Below are positions 28,193-36,326 of a DNA stretch of 59,519 bases, piece after piece. The notes beneath the pieces are model-generated. The model saw nothing but the letters and a program-made list of their open reading frames with translations. It did not search any database and had not been told where the DNA came from. The first letter of the stretch is position 1, and each line of letters starts with the position of its first letter. Location: assembly GCA_025362555.1 (NCBI GenBank), contig JANYFP010000072.1, forward strand, positions 1 through 59,519, given 5' to 3'. The translations under genes and the position numbers were made by a program. The DNA comes from Verrucomicrobiota bacterium (GTDB lineage Bacteria > Verrucomicrobiota > Verrucomicrobiia > Opitutales > Opitutaceae).

Positions 28193-30352
28193 TCATTGTT
28201 TCCAGCTTATCCGCAGTTCGACGCGTCGGGGAATTTCAACCGATGGTCCAGCCAGGCCCGGCCGATTTTCCAGATGTTGTGGGTCGAACAGGTTTCGGCC
28301 GACCAGTGCCAGCTCCCAAGCCGGTTGCGGTCGCCATGCCAGTTGCGCCGAGGCTTCAGTGTAGTGTGCAATCTGTAAACTCGGCACGTCGTCGATCCAA
28401 CGGATCGCCGCCGTCAATTCCCAGTGGGCTCCGAGCTGCAGCACTGAACCGATCATGGCCGTCCAGTGCGGGATGTTGCGGAGTGAATTCACAAACTTGA
28501 TGGGATCGGGCGTTGTTACCTGGGTCTCCGGGTTTACTTCGGCGAGGCTCAAATTAAGCCGCCACGTCGGGAGCGTCTGCCAGGTGACGGCGAGTTCTCC
28601 GCCAGTGGATCGCAGCGACATTCCGTTGTCCTCGGGCAGCGGAATAATCAGGGCCGGTACGGAGGCGGATTGGCTGATGGGGGGCGCGTTGGTGACTTTG
28701 ATGAGTTGTTCGTAACGGTTGAGAAACACACTCGCGCTCACCGTCCAGGTGGGTTGTGGCGCCCAGCGCCAACCGGCATCGAGGGCGTTGAGGGTTTCAG
28801 CGTCGAGGGCTGGATTCCCGAGCCCGCGCAGCGCAGTGGGCAGGAGTGGGTCGCGCACGCCGGGGGGCAACACGACGGCGTCGGTGATATTTGAGTTCTC
28901 CGTTATCGCCGGTATCCGCACGGCGCGCGACCAGCCGGCCCACAAGGTGTGTTGGCGGGTGGGGAACCACGCTAACTTTACACTCGGTTGGGGCTCGAAG
29001 CCGGTGAAGTTGTTGTGCTCAAGTTTGATTCCGGCGGTCAGCTTGAGCTGGTTCGGGATGAGGGTAAATTCGTCCTGCGCAAATCCGCTCCACTGCGCGA
29101 CGTGGTGCTGGTCGTGGTCAAAGGCGATCCAGCGATTGCGCGTGTGAACTTCAGCGTAACGCGCGCTGGCACCCCAGTCGATGGCGTGCCGGGTGCCGAG
29201 TGTGAGGGATTCCTGCAGGTCAACCTGCGCCCGGTTCGAAACGAAATCAAAGATGGCGCCGTGCCGTGCGTCCGTATCGAACCATGCGTCAAGGCGCAAC
29301 GTGCTCTCTGCCCCGATTGCCCCGTCCCAGCGCGCGAGCAGATTGCCTCCTTGCACCTGTTCGCCACTCCGGTCGGTCACCTGGTAAGCGGGCGGAGCGG
29401 TCAGGGTGGGGAGCGTGACCGTCAGGTCGTTGTCTCCCCGGTAAGCTTCACCGGAGAAAGTCCAGTTGGTCGCGGCACTGTCTTCATGATCAAAACGGAA
29501 ACCAATCCGGCCGATTCTGACGGCATCTTCGGCGGAGCCGCCGGTCGGCAGGCGGGTGCCGTCGTCCGCAGTGAATTTGGCGTAAACGCGCCCGGCCGTC
29601 TGCTCATTGAGCAGCCAGCCGTGTCGCAACTCGGTGTTTTCTTCGCCATGGCCGATGGTCACGCTAACGCGGTCGCCGAGCGTTTCGTGGGCGGAGCGAG
29701 TCAGGATGTTGACGACGCCATTGACGGCATTCGCGCCCCAAATTGAACCGCCGGGACCCAGGACCACTTCGATGTGGTCGAGATCGGCCAGCAGATAATC
29801 CTGGACGTCCCAAAACACGCCGCCGAACACCGGGGTGTAAACCGATCGCCCGTCAATCATGACGAGCAGCTTGCTGGCGAACTGACTCCGGGAACCGCGG
29901 GCACCGATGCCCCAGGTGGAGGCATTGATCTGTCCGACGTTGATCCCCGGGATCCAGCGCAGTGCCTCGGGAATCGTGTCTGCACCCGTGCGCACTGCAT
30001 CCTCACCGGAGAGGACAAAGACAGCGGAAGGAGCGCGCCACGCCAACTCAGGGCGATTGGAAACGCTCACGACCTTGACCTGCGATAATTGGCCAAGATC
30101 AAGCGCACTGAAATCAACCGGTGGAGTCAGGTTTTGTGCTACGAGCGGGAGGGCGCCGCAAACGACGAGTGCGAGCCCGGCCAATGCGCGCGATCGGATG
30201 CGGTGGAACGCGGTCTTCGGACGCGTTGGAGCAATGCGTCCACGAAAAAATAGGTCCAGCGGCCGGGCTTCAGCTTGAGTGGGATCGAGGCAGATTGGGC
30301 GGGCGCGGCTTATCATCGGAAATGTTTGGTCAGTTTCGCGTAGACGCCGCAC
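28193..30352 (-). CDS. TonB-dependent receptor (YfiR-associated subtype)
   Basis: DFSALDLGQL box, plug IEVVLGPGGSIWGANAVNGVVNI, GNPALDAE and GRNLFD. True start probably downstream of 30352. Confidence 0.9.
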   Translation of the reverse strand: MRRLRETDQTFPMISRARPICLDPTQAEARPLDLFFRGRIAPTRPKTAFHRIRSRALAGLALVVCGALPLVAQNLTPPVDFSALDLGQLSQVKVVSVSNRPELAWRAPSAVFVLSGEDAVRTGADTIPEALRWIPGINVGQINASTWGIGARGSRSQFASKLLVMIDGRSVYTPVFGGVFWDVQDYLLADLDHIEVVLGPGGSIWGANAVNGVVNILTRSAHETLGDRVSVTIGHGEENTELRHGWLLNEQTAGRVYAKFTADDGTRLPTGGSAEDAVRIGRIGFRFDHEDSAATNWTFSGEAYRGDNDLTVTLPTLTAPPAYQVTDRSGEQVQGGNLLARWDGAIGAESTLRLDAWFDTDARHGAIFDFVSNRAQVDLQESLTLGTRHAIDWGASARYAEVHTRNRWIAFDHDQHHVAQWSGFAQDEFTLIPNQLKLTAGIKLEHNNFTGFEPQPSVKLAWFPTRQHTLWAGWSRAVRIPAITENSNITDAVVLPPGVRDPLLPTALRGLGNPALDAETLNALDAGWRWAPQPTWTVSASVFLNRYEQLIKVTNAPPISQSASVPALIIPLPEDNGMSLRSTGGELAVTWQTLPTWRLNLSLAEVNPETQVTTPDPIKFVNSLRNIPHWTAMIGSVLQLGAHWELTAAIRWIDDVPSLQIAHYTEASAQLAWRPQPAWELALVGRNLFDPQHLENRPGLAGPSVEIPRRVELRISWKQ

Positions 30353-30753
30353 GGCAGATCGTAACGGGGCTCGATGCTTTGCGGCCCGAATTCGTTGTGT
30401 TGCTCGTGGATCAAATTCTGCCCGATGACGCCGCTCTCGAGTCCCGGTTTGATTTCCCGCGCGAACCGGCCCTTGGTTTCAAAATAGACCCCGAACGCAT
30501 CAGCCGGGACTGCGCGAAGCCAGCGTGTAAGTAAACGACAAGAAGACTCTATCGGATAGTTTGGAACGGGAGTAACCATTGAGTGAATGGCAATGGTCAC
30601 CGCCATGGCACCAGCCGGCCGGCTCCACGCGTGGAGCCTTGCGCACAGGGCGTCACGAAATTCGCCATGAGAGTCATGAAGCTCACTCTAATCGGTCTAC
30701 GCAACCGCAAGTTTAGCGGTGTTTTACGGTCACCCGCCTAGGGGGAAAATCCC

Positions 30754-31530
30754 TCAGGTGCCGGTCGCGAACTTCCCGAGTTGACTGCGCAGACTGCGGC
30801 TGAGCGGCAGCTTCGTGCCTTCGCGCAACAACACGGTGTAGTCACTGTGCAGCGCCGGCTGGATCTCTTTGATCTGATCGAGATGTACAATCGCAGACCG
30901 GTTGACGCGCACAAAACTGGTGGTTCCCAAACGTGCCTCGATCGCACTCATCGTCTCACGCAACATCAAGCGTCCGGTTGTCAGATGCAGCACCACGTAG
31001 TTGTCGGCTGCTTCCACCCAAACGATTTCATCCGCTTTCAAAAACACGAGACGGCCGTCGGCTTTCACCGTCAGGCGTTCATTTTTCAATGCGGGTGTTG
31101 GCGACGGGGTTTCCGCGATTTCTGCTTCCGTTTTTTGGGTGGACTCGACCGGGACCGGGCGGCGCAGGCGGTGATATTCCTGCGCGCGACGGAGGGCGGT
31201 TTGCAAGCGCTCGCGATCAAAGGGCTTCAGGAGATAATCGATCGCCTGCACTTCAAACGCATCGAGTGCGAACCGCTCGTGAGCAGTCGCAAAAATAATC
31301 CCCGGCCGGTTTTCCTCCGGGATTCCCGCGAGGACCTGCATCCCGTTGCACCCCGGCATTTGCATATCGAGAAACACCAGATCCAGCGGCGTGTTTTTGA
31401 TGGTGGTGACCGCGTCGAGGCCGTTGCCGCATTCGCCGACAACTTCGATGGCGGTTTCCGTGCGTAACATGCCCAGCAACCGTTCGCGGGCGAGCGGTTC
31501 ATCGTCAACAATCAGAGCGCGGAGTTTCAT
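30754..31530 (-). CDS. LytTR-family DNA-binding response regulator
   Basis: LIVDDEPLAR, FLDMQMP, DYLLKPF; LytTR domain WVEAADNYV..FVRVNRSAIV..LPLSRS. Confidence 0.95.
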   Translation of the reverse strand: MKLRALIVDDEPLARERLLGMLRTETAIEVVGECGNGLDAVTTIKNTPLDLVFLDMQMPGCNGMQVLAGIPEENRPGIIFATAHERFALDAFEVQAIDYLLKPFDRERLQTALRRAQEYHRLRRPVPVESTQKTEAEIAETPSPTPALKNERLTVKADGRLVFLKADEIVWVEAADNYVVLHLTTGRLMLRETMSAIEARLGTTSFVRVNRSAIVHLDQIKEIQPALHSDYTVLLREGTKLPLSRSLRSQLGKFATGT

Positions 31531-31568
31531 GAGGGAAAAGTTGAGAAGTGAGTTTGAACGATCTGAAC

Positions 31569-31598
31569 TGTGGGCGGGGGTGCCCCCCCCCCGCCCAC
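31569..31598. repeat. Collapsed family C REP palindrome
   Basis: TGTGGGCGGGGGTGC(C-run)GCCCAC shares both ends with the 24463-24540 element. Confidence 0.55.
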
Positions 31599-31625
31599 CA
31601 AGAATGATAGTGACCATCAATTGAT

Positions 31626-32708
31626 TCATACTGGCAAGGTCAGCTTGATTTCCAAACCACCCTTGGCGTGGTTGGCCAGCTCGAAGCGGTGTCGGTCCCC
31701 GTAAAGTTCGCGCAGGCGGGCGCGGGTGTTGCCTAGTCCAATCCCTTCACGCGTGAAACCGCCGGCTGGCTGGCCCGCACCGTTGTCCCGCACGATCAGG
31801 ACCAGGCCCGCTGGCTCACGTTTCACGATTATCTCAATGTGCCCCGGCCGCGCGTGCGGCTCGAGGCCATGCCGAATGGAGTTTTCCACCAACGGCTGAA
31901 GAATGAGACTCGGCACGTCCGTTTCCAAAGCGGCGGGATCAACGTCGATCGCCACCGTGAGCCGATCGCGAAACCGGATGCGCTCGATCTCCAGGTATTT
32001 TTCAATGAACGCGATTTCCTCCCGGAGCTTAGTGAGCGGTTGCCCAGGATGATGCATCGTGAGTCGCAGGAGTTCGCTCAGCCGCACGAGCATCCGGTCG
32101 GCGGCATCGACATCGCTGTGCATGAGTGACGCGATGCCGTTGAGCGTGTTGAAAAGGAAATGGGGCTTCAGTTGGCGGAGCAACGCTTGCAAGCGCGCCT
32201 CCGTGAGATGTTTTTCCAATTCCAGATTGTGCACGGTGCGCTCGTGGTATTTGCGATAATAATCAATCGCGTGACTGGCCGAAATAATGACCCCGTAAAT
32301 GAGGAGATTGAAGGGAAAGGTTTTAACCAACAGTGGCTGGAAGACTTCGAGAAACGTCACTGACTCATCGATCAGCGCACTATGAATCTGGCCGACCAGT
32401 GCGCGGAGCGTGACGTAAATCAGCGAAAAAAACAGCGCAGCAATCAAATGAATGCCGGCCGTGCGCCAGCGTGCGCCACTCTCGGGCGGGAATCGCCGCG
32501 CGAATACCAAAATCGGCACCGAGAGCACCGCCCACACATACCAATCCGCCAATGAAAGACTGATCGCCTGCCCCCACGTGACCGACCGACCCAGCAGTGT
32601 ACTCGACAGATAAAACTGACTCGCGAACGCCAGTCCAACCAGCGTCCAAAAAATGACGACGCCCGCCAGGCGGGAAAGGGAACGAAAAAGCGGGCGGGCG
32701 GCAGACAT
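31626..32708 (-). CDS. LytS/YehU-type sensor histidine kinase
   Basis: About 4 TM segments, QLKPHFLFNTLN H-box, LQPLVENSIRHG, DNGAG and GIGLGNTRARL. Confidence 0.93.
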   Translation of the reverse strand: MSAARPLFRSLSRLAGVVIFWTLVGLAFASQFYLSSTLLGRSVTWGQAISLSLADWYVWAVLSVPILVFARRFPPESGARWRTAGIHLIAALFFSLIYVTLRALVGQIHSALIDESVTFLEVFQPLLVKTFPFNLLIYGVIISASHAIDYYRKYHERTVHNLELEKHLTEARLQALLRQLKPHFLFNTLNGIASLMHSDVDAADRMLVRLSELLRLTMHHPGQPLTKLREEIAFIEKYLEIERIRFRDRLTVAIDVDPAALETDVPSLILQPLVENSIRHGLEPHARPGHIEIIVKREPAGLVLIVRDNGAGQPAGGFTREGIGLGNTRARLRELYGDRHRFELANHAKGGLEIKLTLPV

Positions 32709-32853
32709 CGCGTAAAATGGTTTGCGGTCGATCAAGGAGTGACAAGCAATACCTGTCCATGCCCTTTCGGGCTTATTTCCGGTGAGCCGCCTCCTTTCTC
32801 CTCCCAGTATTCCTGCCATCCCGCCTGCGGCCGGGACCCCGCAACATGGAGCC

Positions 32854-34521
32854 ATGCCACCGTTGTTGCCCGTGGTGCTGACTCTCGTGGTCGCGGCGAT
32901 TGTGTTGAGCGTCGTCTTCGCACTCTTCTTTCCCGTCACCGGTCCGACTCAACCGCTGTCTGCTGCGCGCTTCACAAATGTGACCGAAGCGTCCGGCATT
33001 CGGTTTGTTCAACACGCGGGTGCGCAGGAATCCCCCACCACGCTCGGTGGCGCGGTCGTCGTGCTCGATTACGACAACGATGGGCACCCGGATCTTTTTT
33101 TCGTCAATGGCACCGCGTGGCCTTGGGAGGACCTCGGCGCTTGGACCCACGCCTCGGCGTGTACGCTTTATCATAACGACGGCACCGGGCATTTCACCGA
33201 CGTCTCGCAGGCGGCGGGCGTTGATCTCGTCATGCAGGGGATGGGTGCGGCGGTGGGTGATTTCGATAACGATGGGTTTCCGGATATTTTCATCACTGGC
33301 GTCGGACAGAATCATCTCCTGCACAATAAGGGCGATGGCACGTTTGAAGATGTCTCCCTCGCGGCCGACGTGGCGGGCGATGATCACACGTGGAGCACGG
33401 GTGCGACGTGGATCGATTATGATGGCGATGGATTGCTGGACCTCGTCGTCGCGCATTACGCCCGGTGGCCGCAGGAAGTGCCGCTCGCGATGGCGTTCAC
33501 GATCGCGGACCTTGGGCGCTCTTACGGTGCGCCCACCGGATTTGTCAGTGCGGTTCCGTCGGTGTACCACAATCTGGGTCATGGAAAATTTGCGCTCGTG
33601 CCTGGCAGCGCCGGTTTGCGCAACCTCGACCCGCAAACCGGCATGCCGGTGGCCAAGACCCTGGCCGTCGTGCCGGTCGATGCCAACGGCGATGGCAAAC
33701 TCGATTTGCTTTTCACCTATCACACGAGTGAAAACGCCCTCTTCCTCAATCAAGGTGACGGGACGTTCAAGAAATGGACCGGCGGGGCCGAGAAACGCAA
33801 TGAAGGCGCGGCTGCAGGCTTGGCGTCGGCAAACATTCTGCCCTTTGCGAACGCTTCGGCGACGGATGAACGTCTGGCCGCCTTTCAATCTGCCGGGGCA
33901 CTCGACGCAGTCAATTCGGGTGAGCCGCAGCTTCACTTGCTTGGCAAAGTGGGCGCGGCGTTGCTCGATTACGAGTTCGACGGTCACCTCGTGCTGTTTT
34001 CCGGCAACGGTCACGCGGAACCGGACCTGAATAAATTTGAGCAAGGCCGTAATTTTTCCGCGCCGCCGCAATTGTTCTTGTCCCGCAACAACCGCTGGTT
34101 GCCCGCGCCCGTGGCGGAAGGTGGCACTTGGGCGCGCCCCCTTGTCGCCCGCGGGATCGCCGTGGCGGATCTCGACGGCGATGGCGATGCGGATGTGATC
34201 ATCGTGCAGAATGACGGCCCCGCGCTCATTCTGCGCAATGACCAGCGCAGCGGCCTGCCGTGGTTGCGCCTGCGGCTCATCGCGACGCGGAGCCAGCCTG
34301 ATGCGGGTGGTGCGCGCGTGGAAGTGCACACGCCGCGCCGCATTCTCACGCGCACCGTTGCGCCCGCGATGGGTTTTATGGCTCAGTCAGAAACCACGCT
34401 GACTTTTGGGCTGGGCGACGATGCGCGGGTCCGGAAAATTGTCATCCAATGGCCCTCTGGCCAGCGCCAGGAACTCCGCCAATCCACCGTCAACCAGACC
34501 GTCACGATCCGCGAGCCGTGA
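32854..34521 (+). CDS. Membrane-anchored FG-GAP + ASPIC/UnbV (CRTAC1-family) protein
   Basis: N-terminal hydrophobic anchor, DYDNDGxPD repeats, C-terminal DAGGARVEV..TFGLG..IQWPSG. Start uncertain (32782 or 32854). Confidence 0.88.
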   Translation: MPPLLPVVLTLVVAAIVLSVVFALFFPVTGPTQPLSAARFTNVTEASGIRFVQHAGAQESPTTLGGAVVVLDYDNDGHPDLFFVNGTAWPWEDLGAWTHASACTLYHNDGTGHFTDVSQAAGVDLVMQGMGAAVGDFDNDGFPDIFITGVGQNHLLHNKGDGTFEDVSLAADVAGDDHTWSTGATWIDYDGDGLLDLVVAHYARWPQEVPLAMAFTIADLGRSYGAPTGFVSAVPSVYHNLGHGKFALVPGSAGLRNLDPQTGMPVAKTLAVVPVDANGDGKLDLLFTYHTSENALFLNQGDGTFKKWTGGAEKRNEGAAAGLASANILPFANASATDERLAAFQSAGALDAVNSGEPQLHLLGKVGAALLDYEFDGHLVLFSGNGHAEPDLNKFEQGRNFSAPPQLFLSRNNRWLPAPVAEGGTWARPLVARGIAVADLDGDGDADVIIVQNDGPALILRNDQRSGLPWLRLRLIATRSQPDAGGARVEVHTPRRILTRTVAPAMGFMAQSETTLTFGLGDDARVRKIVIQWPSGQRQELRQSTVNQTVTIREP

Positions 34522-34537
34522 GGGCGGTTACTCTACC

Positions 34538-34751
34538 GTAGCCACAGGCCTCCGGCCGGTGGGATTGGGTCGAGGTGAAATTGTGGTGTGTGTCGTGGGG
34601 TAGGTGGCGCGCTTGTCGCGCCACACCGTTGTTTGCTTGCTGCAAACCCGGTGTTGGTCCGCACCAGCCGTGCGGCAAACGGTTCGATCATTATGCGGCG
34701 AGCGCGCAACCCACGGGAGCCAAGCCGGCAGGCACGGAGGCCTGCCACTAC
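34538..34751. repeat. Nested REPIN: family A pair enclosing a family B pair
   Basis: Family A at 34538-34563 (GTAGCCACAGGCCTCCGGCCGGTGGG) and inverted at 34725-34751; family B at 34600-34624 and inverted at 34695-34714. Confidence 0.8.
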
Positions 34752-34895
34752 ACGCCACGTTATTTCGCAGACACCGCCTAGCGGTTAACCTTCCAGGGTT
34801 CTCTGGCTCTATTTGAGCGGGCTCGGCTCAGTCGCGCAGGCGGCATCACGCAGTGCGTTCGTTTTCGCCCTCTGGGCCCACTCATTCCCCGAAAA

Positions 34896-34928
34896 GCAGT
34901 TCGCCCCTGAAATCCAGCAGCTCGCCCC
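34896..34928 (+). promoter_or_regulatory. LytTR-type direct-repeat operator (21-bp period)
   Basis: GCAGTTCGCCCC-N9-GCAGCTCGCCCC, about 117 bp upstream of the porin gene and oriented with the + strand gene. Confidence 0.75.
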
Positions 34929-35044
34929 CGGTGCCTTGTGCCACGAGGGATTGGCCGTCTTACTAGACCGAGCTTCTTTCAGGCGTCCACGACCGCCAGA
35001 TCGGGGTCGGTTGTCTGTGGCTAGGGCGTGGACTTTTTCACCCC

Positions 35045-36286
35045 ATGACCTCAAGCATCGCTGTTTTGTCTTTCACATCCGCTCGCCCCGCGCGTCATCT
35101 GCTCGGCTGCGCCGCAGTACTGGCCGTTTTTAGTTTCGTGTTTTCCATTGGCCACGCGGAAACAATCCCCACGCCGGCTCCGATTTCAGCTCCGACTCCC
35201 GCCCCAGTTGCCGCATCCGCTTCGGCGCCCGCTGCGCCAAGTTCCGACCTGAGTTTCTATGGCGATTTTCGGGTGCGTTACGAATGGGATTGGGATTCAC
35301 AGAATGCCGCCGGCGTCGCACGGACGGATCGCGACCGCGCTCGCCTGCGGGTTCGGTTGGGTGCGAACTACAAATTGTCCAGTGACTGGTCGCTCAGCGC
35401 CCGCGTGCGCACGGGCAACAAACTGAGCCAGCAATCGCCCCACCTGACCTTTTCGTCCAACGACGGGTTGACGGATGATTTTGCCATTCAACTTGACCGC
35501 TACTACGTGCAATTCAAGCAATCGGCTTTTTCCGCGTGGGGCGGGCGCAACGTTTCACCGTTCTGGCAGCAAAACGAATTTCTGGTGGATGACGATGTCA
35601 CGCTCACGGGGGTCGCCGGCACGTATGAGACGAAATTGGATCACGGCACGGTTGCGACCACGGTCGGCGCTTTTTATCTGCCCGATGGCATGAACGATCT
35701 CAATGGCACGCTGGTCGGCGGACAAATTAAATACGCTCTGTCGGTCAAGCCGTCACAATTCGTTTTCGCGGCCGGGCTCTACCAATTCGACGGCAAGAAT
35801 GGCGCCAAGAATCTGCGCAACCGGAATGGCGCGCGCGATTATCTGATCGGGGTGCTGAATGCACAGTGGATTGAGCCGTTGTCCAACGGTCTGCCACTCA
35901 CGCTGGGGGCCGACTTCTTTAATAATTTCGAAAATTACAGCGCGGCCGATGCGGCACCGTTCGCTCCGAGTCACGCGGGTCAAACCACCGGCTACGTCCT
36001 GTCGGTTCAGGTGGGTCAGCTCAAAAAACCGCACGATTGGCAAGTCGGGTATTACTATGCGCACATCGGAACTTTCGCCGTTAACGCCTCCTATTCGGAA
36101 GACGACTGGGCCCGCTTCGGCAATGCCGCGCAATCCGATCTTACGGATATCAAGGGCCACGAATTTCGCGCCAGTTATGTGATCATGAAGAACCTCAACA
36201 TTACGAGCCGCGTCTTTTTTGTCGAAGCCATCACCAGTCAGCAAGACGGCAAACGTTGCCGGATTGATCTTAACTGGAAGTTCTGA
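35045..36286 (+). CDS. Putative porin (Porin_5-like outer-membrane beta-barrel)
   Basis: Signal peptide, Pro/Ala linker, GDFRVRYE, RDRARLRVRLG, LDRYY and C-terminal DLNWKF. Confidence 0.82.
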   Translation: MTSSIAVLSFTSARPARHLLGCAAVLAVFSFVFSIGHAETIPTPAPISAPTPAPVAASASAPAAPSSDLSFYGDFRVRYEWDWDSQNAAGVARTDRDRARLRVRLGANYKLSSDWSLSARVRTGNKLSQQSPHLTFSSNDGLTDDFAIQLDRYYVQFKQSAFSAWGGRNVSPFWQQNEFLVDDDVTLTGVAGTYETKLDHGTVATTVGAFYLPDGMNDLNGTLVGGQIKYALSVKPSQFVFAAGLYQFDGKNGAKNLRNRNGARDYLIGVLNAQWIEPLSNGLPLTLGADFFNNFENYSAADAAPFAPSHAGQTTGYVLSVQVGQLKKPHDWQVGYYYAHIGTFAVNASYSEDDWARFGNAAQSDLTDIKGHEFRASYVIMKNLNITSRVFFVEAITSQQDGKRCRIDLNWKF

Positions 36287-36326
36287 GTCCATTCTCCCCG
36301 CCTCCATCGTTTCATTCTCCACGCTT

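Noticed and set aside
31583-31592. Poly-C tract as a phase-variation switch for the LytTR gene
   Set aside because: It lies upstream of the likely start (31530) and is better explained as part of a collapsed family C REP palindrome.
32773-34329. 518-aa minus-strand ORF
   Set aside because: Antisense shadow of the CRTAC1-family gene in GC-rich DNA, with no recognisable motifs.
34538-34751. Clustered short repeats as a CRISPR array
   Set aside because: The repeats are inverted palindromic pairs, not direct repeats with regular unique spacers, and no cas genes are present.
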